From contig JAYENT010000091.1 of NCBI GenBank assembly GCA_034722245.1, positions 51,492 through 115,491 of the forward strand: a DNA stretch of 64,000 nt, in the 5' to 3' direction. Each line of letters starts with the position of its first letter. Position 1 is the first letter of the stretch. The stretch is from Chloroflexota bacterium (GTDB lineage: Bacteria > Chloroflexota > Anaerolineae > UBA1429). The translations under genes and the position numbers were made by a program. The notes under the pieces are model-generated. The model did not search any database. It saw only the letters and a list, made by a program, of their open reading frames with translations, and had not been told where the DNA came from. Of the stretch, positions 28,580-39,288 are shown one piece after another.

Positions 28580-31500
28580 TCACACTCCTTCGCTGGCTGC
28601 AAGGGAGAGGGACAGACATTCGGTATCCCCAAGATGATGAAGAATACGCAAAAGATCGGTCTCCCATCCGTCCCTGCAAGAAAGCCACATTCGCGTGCCC
28701 TGATAGCGCAGGCCGGAGAACTGGGACAAGAGTCCCTGCCCCGCACTGGGCATCAAGGGAACCGGGAGAACAATGGTTATCTCCTCTTCATCCCCCCGGA
28801 TGGAGGTTACACCAGCCCGGGCCGCTGTCAGGCGCACGCGAAGGATATACAAAAGCTCGCGGACGGGGTCCGGTAAAGCACCAAAGCGATCTCGCAATTC
28901 CGCTTCTGCCTCCTGCACGTCCTCCACGGTCTCCATACGCGCAAGCCTCTGATACATACGCAGCCTGAGTTGCTCGTCTGCTATATAGGTTTTGGGGATA
29001 TGCGCTGACAGGGGCAGATCGACGGGAGGTCCCATGTCGAGGGCGAGGGATTTCGCCATTGTCTTGTGTTGTGCCCGCCGGACGGCCTCCTTAGGTACCT
29101 CGCCCGAGTCACGCAATTCCTCTATCGCCTGCCGCAGGAGACGCGTATAGAGATCAAAGCCTATGGCGGCGATGTGGCCGTGCTGTTCGGGTCCCAGAAT
29201 CTCGCCAGCCCCGCGGATCTCCAAGTCGCGCATGGCCACTTGAAAGCCCGCCCCCAATTCCGACGCCTCCTGGATAGCCTGCAGGCGCCGCCTGGCGCTG
29301 TCGGTGAGGGGCGGCTTGTAAAACAGGTAGGCGTATCCGCGCTCTATACCGCGCCCGATGCGTCCACGGAGCTGGTAGAGCTGCGCCAAGCCGAAATTCC
29401 CTGCCCGTTCGACGATCATGGTGTTGACGTTTGGCATGTCCAGGCCATTCTCGATAATGGTAGTACAAAGAAGGATATCGTGCTCGCCCTCAGCAAAGCC
29501 CAGCATGGCCTGAGCCAAATCCTCCTCGGGCATCTGTCCATGGCCCATCACCAGGGACGCCTCCGGTACGAGATGCTCCAGCTTGGTGGCCACGCGCTCG
29601 ATGTCTTGCACGCGATTGTGTACATAGTAGACCTGGCCTCCGCGATCCAGCTCGCGCAGGATGGCCCTCCGCACCATATCCTCATCGTATTCCGTCACGT
29701 AGGTGCGCACGGCCAGGCGATCCTCCGGCGGCGTGTCGATGAGGCTCATGTCGCGTATGCCACTCAGCGACATATAGAGGGTGCGAGGGATGGGCGTCGC
29801 CGTGAGGGTCAGCACGTCCACTTCCTGGCGCATCTGCCGAAGTTGGGCTTTGTGCGAGACGCCGAACCGCTGCTCCTCGTCGATGATCACCAAGCCGAGA
29901 TCCTTGAAAGCCACATCCTTGGATAGAAGACGGTGTGTGCCGACGACGATATCCACCCGCCCCGCAGATAGATCTTTCAGTATCGTCTCCTGCTCCCGCG
30001 GCGTCCGAAAGCGAGACAGCATCTCGATCACCACAGGAAAAGCGCGCAGCCGCCGGCGGAAGGTATGGAAATGCTGTTGGGCCAGGACGGTGGTAGGCAC
30101 CAGCATGGCCACCTGTCTGCCCCCCATGACGGCCTTGAAAGCCGCCCGCAGGGCCACTTCCGTCTTGCCATAGCCCACATCGCCGCATATGAGGCGGTCC
30201 ATCGGCTTGGGCTCCTCCATGTCCTCCTTCACCTCGGCCAGAGCCTGTAACTGATCCTCGGTCTCCTCGTAGGGGAAGGACATCTCAAGCTCGTGCTGCC
30301 ATACCGTATCCTCGGGGAAGGCGTGTCCAGGGGTCACCTCCCGCATGGCATACAACGCCAAAAGCTCGCTGGCCATTTCGCGCACGGCCATTTCCGCCTT
30401 GGCTCGTACTCTAGACCACGTAGCGCCCCCAAGGCGATGTACGTAGGGCTTGCGGTTTCTCCCCCCCAAATAGCGCGCCACGCGGTCGGCGCGGTACACG
30501 GGAACGTAAAGGCGATCCCCCTCCGCATATTCGATCTCCAGGTATTCGCGCCTTGTGTCATTGATGGTCTTCTGTGTCATGCCGTGGTAGTGGCCGATGC
30601 CGTGGTCGATATGTACAACATAGTCTCCGGGCTCCAATTGGGCCAGGATATCCGCAGGCTCAGTCGCTTTCCCCCTGTGGCGGGGCGTGCGCCGTGTCTT
30701 CAAGAGCGTCCAGCCAAAGATCTCGGCATCGGTCAACACGATGAGATCTTGGGGCGCAAAATGCCATCCCTCCGCCAGGATGCCATCGACCAGCGTAAGC
30801 GTGCCAGAAGCCAAAGTGTTTACTTCCCTCTTTGGCAATACGAACACGTTGTGCTCGCGCAGTAGGTCAGAGATGCGCTCCGCCTGCCGCGTAACCAGCA
30901 CAACGCGATGCCCCTCCTTGGGAAGCTGTGCCACGCCCGCCAGCACGTTCTGCAGCGAGCCGGCATACTGGGGAGGCGACGCAAAGGCCTCGCCGAGATC
31001 GCAGGGGGCCTTCTGCATCCCGTAGCCCAGGTTCGCGGCGCGCTTGGACGCCAGGCGAGTCTCCATCGCCTCCCAGGGCAGATATGGCACGGCGAAATTG
31101 GCTGGCAGGCGCCCATCCTCGATCATCTCTCCCCGCAGCCGAACGGCCTGCTTTTCCAACTTGGCCACCGCACTCTTCACAGCGATTACATCGTCCAACA
31201 ACACCAGGGCGTTCCCGGGCAAAAAATCCAAGAGGGTGCAGGATTTAGGGTAGAGATAGGGAAGATAATACTCTATACCGCGAAAGTACTCTCCCTTTAT
31301 GACTTTCTCCCGCTCCTCCGCCATGCGTTGACGCGTTTCTGCCCTGCAATGCGAAAGGTCCATGGCCTTCAACGACGCAGTGGCTGCCTTCCCCCACTCG
31401 GGCAGCGCCTCCGTGGCAGGCGCTAGCATGGCCTCGTCTATCTGCCCCTCTGAGCGCTGAGTAGCAGGATCAAAGGTACGAATGGAATCGATCTCGTCGC

Positions 31501-32185
31501 CGAAAAACTCGATCCGCAGAGGCAGGGAATGGTTGGGTGGGAACACGTCGACGATGCCTCCCCGGTGGCAAAAGGTCCCGGGCTCTTGCACCACGATGGC
31601 GGGCTCATAGCCGGCGGCCACGAACTGCTCCAGCAGATCATACAGGGGCACGACCTCCCCCATGCGCACTATGTATGTAGCCCGACGAAAGGCCATGGGG
31701 GCCGCGCTCTTGGTCATCAAAGCCCAGATCGGCGATACGATGACCGCCCCCTCCCCCCTCGATGTCTCTAGGGCGGATAGGGTGCGCACGCGAGCATGTA
31801 CCGTGCCCGGATCCCAAGAAGCGCGATCGTAGAATATACTGCTGGGCGCGTGGAACTCCAGCACCTCATCCGGCCGCGAGGACCAGGTGCGCACCTGATC
31901 CACCATGAGGCGGGCACGCTCCGGCTTTCCCACCACCACCAAGATCGGCCCCTCCCAGTCCTCTTGCAACGCGGCGATCACAGAGGGACGAGCAGCCTCC
32001 AAGAGTCCTACAGAGAAGATGGGGAAATCCCCCTCAGCAGATCCCTGCTGTGCCCCTCGGAGCCGCTCTTTGATCCGCTCATATGAGGGAGCATTTCGTA
32101 TGAGGTTTCGTATTCCCTCGAGATTCAATGAAGCCATTCTTTTTCTGTCATCTATTATCACCTGCAATCTGCGCCCGCTTGCCAT
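28580..32185 (-). CDS. mfd: Transcription-repair coupling factor
   Basis: 1201 aa; UvrB-homology N-domains, RNAP-interacting region, SF2 helicase motifs (DVGYGKTEVA, DEEQRFG) and a TRG motif. Confidence 0.95.
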   Translation of the reverse strand: MASGRRLQVIIDDRKRMASLNLEGIRNLIRNAPSYERIKERLRGAQQGSAEGDFPIFSVGLLEAARPSVIAALQEDWEGPILVVVGKPERARLMVDQVRTWSSRPDEVLEFHAPSSIFYDRASWDPGTVHARVRTLSALETSRGEGAVIVSPIWALMTKSAAPMAFRRATYIVRMGEVVPLYDLLEQFVAAGYEPAIVVQEPGTFCHRGGIVDVFPPNHSLPLRIEFFGDEIDSIRTFDPATQRSEGQIDEAMLAPATEALPEWGKAATASLKAMDLSHCRAETRQRMAEEREKVIKGEYFRGIEYYLPYLYPKSCTLLDFLPGNALVLLDDVIAVKSAVAKLEKQAVRLRGEMIEDGRLPANFAVPYLPWEAMETRLASKRAANLGYGMQKAPCDLGEAFASPPQYAGSLQNVLAGVAQLPKEGHRVVLVTRQAERISDLLREHNVFVLPKREVNTLASGTLTLVDGILAEGWHFAPQDLIVLTDAEIFGWTLLKTRRTPRHRGKATEPADILAQLEPGDYVVHIDHGIGHYHGMTQKTINDTRREYLEIEYAEGDRLYVPVYRADRVARYLGGRNRKPYVHRLGGATWSRVRAKAEMAVREMASELLALYAMREVTPGHAFPEDTVWQHELEMSFPYEETEDQLQALAEVKEDMEEPKPMDRLICGDVGYGKTEVALRAAFKAVMGGRQVAMLVPTTVLAQQHFHTFRRRLRAFPVVIEMLSRFRTPREQETILKDLSAGRVDIVVGTHRLLSKDVAFKDLGLVIIDEEQRFGVSHKAQLRQMRQEVDVLTLTATPIPRTLYMSLSGIRDMSLIDTPPEDRLAVRTYVTEYDEDMVRRAILRELDRGGQVYYVHNRVQDIERVATKLEHLVPEASLVMGHGQMPEEDLAQAMLGFAEGEHDILLCTTIIENGLDMPNVNTMIVERAGNFGLAQLYQLRGRIGRGIERGYAYLFYKPPLTDSARRRLQAIQEASELGAGFQVAMRDLEIRGAGEILGPEQHGHIAAIGFDLYTRLLRQAIEELRDSGEVPKEAVRRAQHKTMAKSLALDMGPPVDLPLSAHIPKTYIADEQLRLRMYQRLARMETVEDVQEAEAELRDRFGALPDPVRELLYILRVRLTAARAGVTSIRGDEEEITIVLPVPLMPSAGQGLLSQFSGLRYQGTRMWLSCRDGWETDLLRILHHLGDTECLSLSLAASEGV

Positions 32186-32780
32186 TGAAAGCGTTCATCG
32201 CCTCCTCCATGCCCTTCTCTAGCAACAGGGGCACCAGATCCACCACCCAATCGCGTACGGTGTCCATGATCTTCTCTTGCTGTGAATCAAAATCGTTCAG
32301 TACATAGTCCGTGGGATCGCCCCACTCCGGACGCCCAATGCCTATGCGCAGCCGGAGAAACGCTTCCGTCCCCAGCGCGGCGATGATAGAGCGGACGCCC
32401 CTGTGACCGCCGCTGCTGCCACCTGGCCGAAGTCGGACCTTGCCCACGGGTAGATCCAGATCATCATGTATGACCAGAATGGACCCCGGTGGTATCCTGT
32501 ACCAATGGCTGATATCCTGAACGGCCTGTCCACTCTCGTTCATAAAGGTCAACGGCTTAGCCAGAATGAGGGTTCTTCCTCCCGTCTCCCCTTTCCCCAA
32601 AAGCGCTTTGTGCTTTTTTTTCTCCACAAGTCCTACATTGTAGGCTCGGGCCAGACGGTCGATGCACTGAAACCCTATATTATGGCGGTTCTTTGCATAC
32701 TTTGTCCCCGGATTTCCCAGCCCCACAATCAGCAAGGGCGACTCTGCGGTCGGCGGGGTATTTCCCAGTTCCCTTTGCAT
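32148..32780 (-). CDS. pth: Peptidyl-tRNA hydrolase
   Basis: LIVGLGNPGTKYAKNRHNIGF...ESGQAV...HDDLDLP is the Pth signature. Start taken at internal MQRELGN (32780); the ORF-track N-terminal extension to 32852 is unlikely. The 3' end overlaps the mfd start by 38 nt. Confidence 0.85.
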   Translation of the reverse strand: MQRELGNTPPTAESPLLIVGLGNPGTKYAKNRHNIGFQCIDRLARAYNVGLVEKKKHKALLGKGETGGRTLILAKPLTFMNESGQAVQDISHWYRIPPGSILVIHDDLDLPVGKVRLRPGGSSGGHRGVRSIIAALGTEAFLRLRIGIGRPEWGDPTDYVLNDFDSQQEKIMDTVRDWVVDLVPLLLEKGMEEAMNAFNGKRAQIAGDNR

Positions 32781-32876
32781 GGTTTCACCAATCGCTATCC
32801 ACACGCACGACAACAAGGGGCTAATCGACGCGACTAGCCCCTGACGACTCACTTTTATTGTAAACTAAAAAGCCGC

Positions 32877-33560
32877 TTAGAGCAAACGCCGCAACCCAAA
32901 GACGATGCCCAGGAGAACAAAGATGGCCCCCATAGTCGCTCCACCAAAGACAAAGGCCTGTACCCAACTTTTGGGGTCCAGCGGCAGCTCCCTGCCCTGA
33001 TCCGGACGGCTCAGGGTAGGCGTCGGCGTAGGCATAGACAAAGCCTCCGTGGGAGCGATAATGTACAACGTAGCCGTCGCCTCTGGCGTAGCTTCTCTCA
33101 CTTCTGTGGGTGTTGGCTCCAAAGTAGGTGTGACGGTCGGTGTAGGCGTCGGCGTGGGCCGCGTGTTCACGATGGCAAGTTGCCGCACGTAGAACTCTTC
33201 CCAATTGCCATCCTGTTTGACGGCCTGCAGCCTGAGCGTGTACACGCCATCGGGAAGTTTCGTGGTGTCCCAGACGGCGAGTTGCCCATTGATGACCGGC
33301 TGGTCGTGCAATTCGCCGATGACTGCCCACTCGCTTGGGCTCGGCCCCACGCCAAACTCCACCTTGTAGAACTGGAAGCTGGGAACGGAGGCGGAACCCA
33401 CTATCGCCACCATCCCGCGCAGCTCGGCATTCATCTCAGGAGAGGTGATCTCCACCTTCATCTGCTGCTGTGACGGTTGGGCGTGAATGGCGGACGGAGC
33501 AAGGCCAGAAAGTAAAAAGAGGAGCATTAACACAAGCGCTATACGTCTAGGCATACACAT
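32877..33560 (-). CDS. Secreted or anchored protein: signal peptide, beta-sandwich-like domain, Pro/Thr-rich linker, C-terminal hydrophobic anchor
   Basis: Signal peptide MPRRIALVLMLLFLLSGLAPSAIHA; linker TRPTPTPTPTVTPTLEPTPTE; C-terminus GGATMGAIFVLLGIVFGLRRLL. Confidence 0.55.
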   Translation of the reverse strand: MCMPRRIALVLMLLFLLSGLAPSAIHAQPSQQQMKVEITSPEMNAELRGMVAIVGSASVPSFQFYKVEFGVGPSPSEWAVIGELHDQPVINGQLAVWDTTKLPDGVYTLRLQAVKQDGNWEEFYVRQLAIVNTRPTPTPTPTVTPTLEPTPTEVREATPEATATLYIIAPTEALSMPTPTPTLSRPDQGRELPLDPKSWVQAFVFGGATMGAIFVLLGIVFGLRRLL

Positions 33561-33901
33561 CCCTTGATGAACAAAACCTCACAGGGGAAGTGTATCACAG
33601 TATGGCCCCTGGGGCAAGCGCTATCATAGTCACGACCTGGCTCTCTTGGCCCATTTCCAACATAGAACGAAATCCCCTATGCAACTTCCAGTGTTTTGCA
33701 GTGCAAGCCCACCGACACTCTGTGGCTGCGTGCTTGCAGATTCCATGTCCCACACGATATATGGCCCATTTTCAGCTCGCGAATACTACAGAGCGTGGTG
33801 TTGAAAACGGGCCTGGGTCACTGCACGCGTGAAAGGTGTGAAGATTTGCTTCTTTCGCCGGAGAATGATATATTATAGTCAAAGATTTGTTCCCTTTGCA
33901 A

Positions 33902-33928
33902 AGTGGGTGCGGGCCCACTTTTCTTGTT
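33902..33928 (+). terminator. Candidate intrinsic terminator/attenuator in the nusA leader
   Basis: AGTGGG-tgcggg-CCCACT followed by TTTTCTTGTT, about 55 nt upstream of the nusA ATG. Confidence 0.35.
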
Positions 33929-33981
33929 GATGAGAGTACGTTGCGACGGGAGCATTCGCCGTCTGGAGGTTTATTGAAGGT

Positions 33982-35655
33982 ATGAAGAGCGAGTTTGAGA
34001 TTGCTATCACGCAACTCAGCGCGGACCGTAACCTGGAGCCAGAGGTGATCCTGGAAGCGATTGAGGAGGCTCTGGTATCGGCCTATAAGCGGAACTATGG
34101 CTCAAGCCAAAATGTGAACGTTAGCATCCATCCGCGGACGGGTAGAGCCCAAGTTTTTGTCAAAAAGGCTGTTGTCAAAGAGGTAGAGGACGACCTCAGC
34201 GAGGTTTCTTTGGCGGATGCCAAGATGTCTGATCCCGATGCCGAGATTGGAGATTTTGTCGATGTCGAAGTGCGGCCTCGCAACTTTGGGCGGATCGCGG
34301 CTCAAACCGCAAAACAGGTCATAACACAGCGTATCAGAGATGCAGAGCGGGACTCGGTCTATCTCGAGTATGCCGATAGGGTAGGAGAGGTCGTGAATGC
34401 CGTGGTCCGTAACGTGGACTCGCGGACCCGCAACGTCGTTCTTGGGCTGGGCAAAGCCGAGGCGCTTCTGCCCCGTAGCGAGCAGATCTCGCGTGAGCGA
34501 TATCGCTTAAATCAGCGCCTCCGAGTCTATATCCTGGACGTGGAGCGTGGGGGGAGCGGCCCGCAGATCATCGTATCCCGTGCCCATCCCCATCTTCTGC
34601 GGCGGCTCTTCGAGCTCGAGGTGCCAGAAGTCTTTAGTGGCGCAGTCGAAATCAAGGCCATCGCACGGGAGCCGGGAAACCGTTCCAAGGTGGCCGTGAC
34701 AGCCATCCAGGAAGGCGTCGATCCTGTGGGATCCTGCGTGGGCATGCGCGGCGTCCGCATTCGCAACATTGTGAATGAACTGAGTGGAGAGAAGATCGAC
34801 GTAGTAGCTTGGGCCCCGGACACAAAGAGCTTTATCGCCAACGCCCTGAGCCCGGCCAACGTCGTCGACGTGTACCTAAACGAGGAGGAAAGAACGGCCC
34901 AGGTTGTGGTGCCCGATAGGTCTCTTTCCCTAGCCATTGGAAAGGAAGGCCAGAATGCGCGCCTGGCAGCCAAATTGACGGGCTGGCGTATTGACATCAA
35001 AAGCGAGACGGAGGCCGCCAAAGAGGCCGAGCGCCTCGCAGCAGAACGCGAGAAAGCGGAGCAGCGCGAAAAGGAGTTGGAAGAGGCCCGCAAGGCAGCA
35101 AGCCAGTTGCTGGCTCAGGCCGAGGCGTCCCTGAAAGAGGAAGAAGCGCTCCCGGACGAGGAACAGGCTCCGCTGGAGGAGGAAGAGGCGTCCACAGCGG
35201 AAAAGGATGCTTCCCAGGGGATAGAAGAAGCAGAATCCGAAGGAGAGAAGGAGACGGAATCCCTGTCCGAGGAAGTGGCGCCGGTGATCGACACCGAAGA
35301 GGAGGATACAGAACTAGCAACTTCGTCCAAAGAGGACGAGAGCGCGGCCGCAACGATGCCCTCCACAGAAAACGAACCACCGGAAGGCTCGGAGAGTCAG
35401 CAAGTGGGGGCGGAGGAGGCTGCTGAGAAAGGCGCCTCCAATGAGGATGAGAGAGCAGAAGACGCACATTCCAAAGAATCCCAGATAACGGATACAGAGA
35501 TCGAATTCGCGGAAGAGGAACTCAAGGAAGACAAAGCAGAGAGAACGGGAAGGCATTTGGAATACGACGAGCGTCTGGGGCGGGTGGTATCCCGCAAGAG
35601 GCGCAAACCAAGCCGCCGTAATTGGGAAGAGGAATGGGAAAAGGATCTCCTGTGA
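33982..35655 (+). CDS. nusA: Transcription termination/antitermination factor NusA with a long acidic C-terminal tail
   Basis: 557 aa; N-terminal domain, S1 and KH1/KH2 regions (VVRNVDSRTRNVVLGLG...; GPQIIVSRAHP), and an E-rich C-terminal extension. Confidence 0.92.
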   Translation: MKSEFEIAITQLSADRNLEPEVILEAIEEALVSAYKRNYGSSQNVNVSIHPRTGRAQVFVKKAVVKEVEDDLSEVSLADAKMSDPDAEIGDFVDVEVRPRNFGRIAAQTAKQVITQRIRDAERDSVYLEYADRVGEVVNAVVRNVDSRTRNVVLGLGKAEALLPRSEQISRERYRLNQRLRVYILDVERGGSGPQIIVSRAHPHLLRRLFELEVPEVFSGAVEIKAIAREPGNRSKVAVTAIQEGVDPVGSCVGMRGVRIRNIVNELSGEKIDVVAWAPDTKSFIANALSPANVVDVYLNEEERTAQVVVPDRSLSLAIGKEGQNARLAAKLTGWRIDIKSETEAAKEAERLAAEREKAEQREKELEEARKAASQLLAQAEASLKEEEALPDEEQAPLEEEEASTAEKDASQGIEEAESEGEKETESLSEEVAPVIDTEEEDTELATSSKEDESAAATMPSTENEPPEGSESQQVGAEEAAEKGASNEDERAEDAHSKESQITDTEIEFAEEELKEDKAERTGRHLEYDERLGRVVSRKRRKPSRRNWEEEWEKDLL

Positions 35656-36077
35656 TAGCTTGCCTGGCAAAGGTCAGGAGAGTGCCCCATTTTTCACGCT
35701 TTGGCATGCGGTGACAAAATGGGTAAACATTGTTTGGGGACCCAAGGGGAAAAGATGACCATGGACCGGTGAGCCGAGAGAGGGATCATCATCCTCCTTG
35801 CTTCCCCTCGTATATGTATCTCTTCACCCTTTGCTTCTGCCTCTACAGGAACCACCGTTTTTTCGATCCGGCCCGATTATCCACTCTACTACAAACGGCG
35901 TCTCGAGACGCCTGGCGTATCATAGGCGTATGGGCCGCGTGCTCTTATTGCAGATAGTATGAGTTTTTTTGCTATGCCTTGAAAAGTGCTGGCTACCCAG
36001 CCCTTTTCAGTGGATTCATTACGTGATATTTCTCTTTCCTATGCTATATTATTTGCTTTATGAAGAAGGGGGACATT

Positions 36078-37934
36078 ATGGCAAACGTAGAATCCGAAAC
36101 TCGGAAGGTGGAACGGTCCACCAAGGGCCCCTCATCTCAAGAGATTCAGGTTCCCGATAGTATAACCGTGCGAGATTTAGCCGAAGAGATGGGCTGCAGT
36201 CCCATCGATTTAATAAAAGAGTTGATGAACGCTGGCGTCATGGCCAATATCAACCAGGAACTCGATCATGATACGGCTGCTATCGTGGCTGAGGATATGG
36301 GCTATACGGTAAAGGAGCCGGAGCCGTACGAGCCAGCGGTAGAAGTGGAAGAGGAACAGGAGGAAACAGTCTCCCCTGCACCTGCCCGCCACCGCGTTTA
36401 CAGCGAGGAAGAGCTAAAGTACGTGCGCCCTCGCCCGCCCGTCATCACTATGCTTGGACACGTCGACCATGGCAAGACATCCCTCCTGGACGTTATCCGC
36501 CGCACAGAGGTCCAGGCGGGTGAGGCGGGAGGCATCACACAGAAGATAGGCGCCTACCAGGTCTCTGTGGAGGGTAGGCCCATCACTTTCCTGGACACAC
36601 CTGGCCACGAGGCATTTACGGCCATGCGTGCTCGGGGAGCCAACGCCACGGACATCGCCGTGCTTGTGGTGGCCGCCGACGATGGCGTGCAGCCACAGAC
36701 ACGAGAGGCCATCGACCATGCACGGGCAGCCCGGGTACCCATCATCGTGGCCCTCAACAAGATCGACCTGCCCAGCGCTAATCCAGAGTACGTCATGCAG
36801 CAATTGGCAGACGTGGGCCTAGTACCAGAAGATTGGGGAGGCGATACCATCGTCGTGCCCACGTCTGCCATGACGGAGGAGGGCATCGACACGCTCCTGG
36901 GAATGATCCTGCTTGTAGCAGAGATGGAGGATCTGAAAGCCAATCCACAGCGAAAGGCGGAAGGCATCGTTATTGAGGGGGAATTGGATCGCTCCCGAGG
37001 CCCCCTGGCTACGCTGCTGGTTCAGGAGGGAACGCTGCGCGTTCGCAATGTCCTGCTCGTCGGCGAGACCTATGGCCGTGTGCGAGCCATGTTCGACTAT
37101 AGGGGCGAAACTGTGGACGAAGCCACGCCCTCAATGCCGGTCAGGGTAATGGGCCTGAACGACGTGCCCAGGGCAGGTGACACTTTCCGCGTGATAGAGG
37201 ATCGGAGCGAGGCGAAGGAACTGGCAGAAGAACGCGCCATGGAGCGCGAGGAGCGGCGCGCCCGACCCGCTACCGCACTTAGTCTAGAAGAGCTATACGC
37301 CCAGGCGCAAGCGGGCAATGCGGCCACCCTGAATCTCATCCTCAAGGCTGACGCCCAGGGAAGCATCGCCCCGATCAGGAACTCGCTTCAGGATATCGAA
37401 GAGGAAGGCTTGGGCTTAGAGTTCGTACATGAAGGGGTGGGCAATATCACCGAATCAGACGTCAACCTCGCCATCGCTTCACAGGCGGTCATCCTAGGAT
37501 TCAACGTGGACGTGGATCCAACAGCGGCCCAGATGGCAAACTCTGAGGGTATCAGGATCCGCACCTACGATGTCATCTATCGCCTCATTGAGGATGTGCA
37601 GTTGGCTCTAAGAGGCATGCTCGAGCCCGAGTATGAAGAGGTCGCACACGGCAGGGCAGTGGTGCGCCAGGTGTTCGAAATCTCAGGCGTGGGCAAGGTC
37701 GCCGGGTGTCAAGTGAGGGAGGGGAAAGCTTTGCGTAATGCCGATGTCCGCATCAGGCGGGGGACCGAGGTGATATACGACGGCCCTGTAGCCTCCCTAA
37801 AACGGTTCCAAAGGGACGTGCGAGAGGTGAGCACGGGTATGGAATGCGGCGTGGGGTTTGAGGGACTCGACGACCTTCGAGAGGGAGATACGCTCGAGTT
37901 CTATACGACAGAGCGCGTTGAACAAGGTCTGTGA
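36078..37934 (+). CDS. infB: Translation initiation factor IF-2
   Basis: GTPase G-domain [12 protein letters not shown]...DTPGHEAF...NKID, plus IF2 domains II through C2. Start chosen at MANVESE (36078), preceded by RBS AAGGGGGA, rather than the ATG at 36060, which lacks an RBS. Confidence 0.92.
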   Translation: MANVESETRKVERSTKGPSSQEIQVPDSITVRDLAEEMGCSPIDLIKELMNAGVMANINQELDHDTAAIVAEDMGYTVKEPEPYEPAVEVEEEQEETVSPAPARHRVYSEEELKYVRPRPPVITMLGHVDHGKTSLLDVIRRTEVQAGEAGGITQKIGAYQVSVEGRPITFLDTPGHEAFTAMRARGANATDIAVLVVAADDGVQPQTREAIDHARAARVPIIVALNKIDLPSANPEYVMQQLADVGLVPEDWGGDTIVVPTSAMTEEGIDTLLGMILLVAEMEDLKANPQRKAEGIVIEGELDRSRGPLATLLVQEGTLRVRNVLLVGETYGRVRAMFDYRGETVDEATPSMPVRVMGLNDVPRAGDTFRVIEDRSEAKELAEERAMEREERRARPATALSLEELYAQAQAGNAATLNLILKADAQGSIAPIRNSLQDIEEEGLGLEFVHEGVGNITESDVNLAIASQAVILGFNVDVDPTAAQMANSEGIRIRTYDVIYRLIEDVQLALRGMLEPEYEEVAHGRAVVRQVFEISGVGKVAGCQVREGKALRNADVRIRRGTEVIYDGPVASLKRFQRDVREVSTGMECGVGFEGLDDLREGDTLEFYTTERVEQGL

Positions 37935-37949
37935 AAGGGACGATGTGGT

Positions 37950-38321
37950 ATGAACGAGCATCGCTTGGAAAGGGCGAACAGCTTCATAAAAGAGGAACTC
38001 ACCATCATCTTGCGAAACGCTGTGGCCGATCCACGCCTACAAGGGGTATCGATCACGGACGTGCAATTGACGCCGGACCGACACGTTGCGCAGGTTTATG
38101 TCACCAGCTATTTGAGCCAAGAGGCTCTCGAGCAGGCCATGCCAGCCCTCGAAAAGGCCAAGGGCTTCTTCCGTGGCCAATTGAGTCAGCTGCTGGATTG
38201 GCGCTTCACGCCCGAGATAAGGTTTCACGCTGACCGCTCTTGGCAACGCGGCCAGAGGATAGATACCATCTTGCAAGAAATAGCTGAGGAGCGCGCGAGG
38301 CAAAACAGCAAAGGTGAGTGA
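37950..38321 (+). CDS. rbfA: Ribosome-binding factor A
   Basis: 123 aa; RLERANSFIKEELTIIL...VSITDVQLTPDRHVAQVYVT is the RbfA KH-like fold signature. Confidence 0.85.
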   Translation: MNEHRLERANSFIKEELTIILRNAVADPRLQGVSITDVQLTPDRHVAQVYVTSYLSQEALEQAMPALEKAKGFFRGQLSQLLDWRFTPEIRFHADRSWQRGQRIDTILQEIAEERARQNSKGE

Positions 38322-39288
38322 CCTGTCGGCAATCAAACACATCGTAGAAAACACGCGCAAAGCGCTTCTTGTGTCGCACATCGCCCCCGATGGTGATACA
38401 CTGGGGGCTACCTTGGGGCTCGCCTGGGCGTTTCGCAAGCAGGGTATCGAGGCCAGGCTTTCCTGCGCAGACCCCATCCCCAAACGGTTGGCCTTTCTGC
38501 CCGGAAGCGAGGATTATGCCCCAAGAGGCAGGACAGATGAGGATGTCATTTTCCTTATCGACGTGAGCGATCTAGCGCGCATCGGGGCCATATACGAGCC
38601 CACCTCCTTTTCCGCCGTCCCCCTAGTTAATATCGACCACCACGCCACCAACCAGATGTATGGTGACGTCAATCTCGTGGACGAGAGGACGTCAACGGCG
38701 GAACTAATCCTCGACGCACTCTACTACTTGCGCATCCCCCTGGACGAAAAGATAGCCACCTGCCTACTAACAGGAATCATCACGGACACCCAGGGGTTTC
38801 GCACCAACAACACTGCGGTGGAATCGATGCGTGCCGCAGTGGAACTGGTGGAGGCGGGGGCTCCCTTGACAAAGATCACCGATGCGGTATTCAATCACCG
38901 CCCGCGCTCTGTCATCGAGATGTGGGGCCATGGTCTCTCGCACTATGAATTCTCTGACAGCATCGTGTGGTGCGCCATACCGCGAGAGATACTTCAAAGG
39001 GTCGAGCCTCAAGCGCGATCCAGCCGGGGGTTGATCAACTTTATGAGCAGCATGGATGGTGTAAAAGTGGCCATCGTCTTTCGGGAGTTTGAAGAAGGCA
39101 TGATCGACGTGAGCTTTCGCTCGGTCCCCGACATCGACATCTCTGTCATCGCCACCAGATTTGGTGGGGGAGGTCACCCCCAGGCCGCGGGCTGCCTTTT
39201 GCGCGGGACACTAGAAGAAATCACGGAGCACATTGTGAGTGCCGCAAGGGCGATCACAAACCGGCAAATCCCCAATGAAGCCAGATGA
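38314..39288 (+). CDS. nrnA: DHH/DHHA1 family phosphoesterase (NrnA-like nanoRNase/pAp phosphatase)
   Basis: HIAPDGDTLGATLGL...IDHH...GGGH motifs. Confidence 0.8.
   Translation: MSDLSAIKHIVENTRKALLVSHIAPDGDTLGATLGLAWAFRKQGIEARLSCADPIPKRLAFLPGSEDYAPRGRTDEDVIFLIDVSDLARIGAIYEPTSFSAVPLVNIDHHATNQMYGDVNLVDERTSTAELILDALYYLRIPLDEKIATCLLTGIITDTQGFRTNNTAVESMRAAVELVEAGAPLTKITDAVFNHRPRSVIEMWGHGLSHYEFSDSIVWCAIPREILQRVEPQARSSRGLINFMSSMDGVKVAIVFREFEEGMIDVSFRSVPDIDISVIATRFGGGGHPQAAGCLLRGTLEEITEHIVSAARAITNRQIPNEAR

Noticed and set aside
33790-33840. Shared 11-mer GGTGTTGAAAA between the nusA upstream region and the region near 18887
   Set aside because: Similarity does not extend beyond about 20 of 30 nt and both lack a matching -10. 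It is probably chance and not a third copy of the repeated element.
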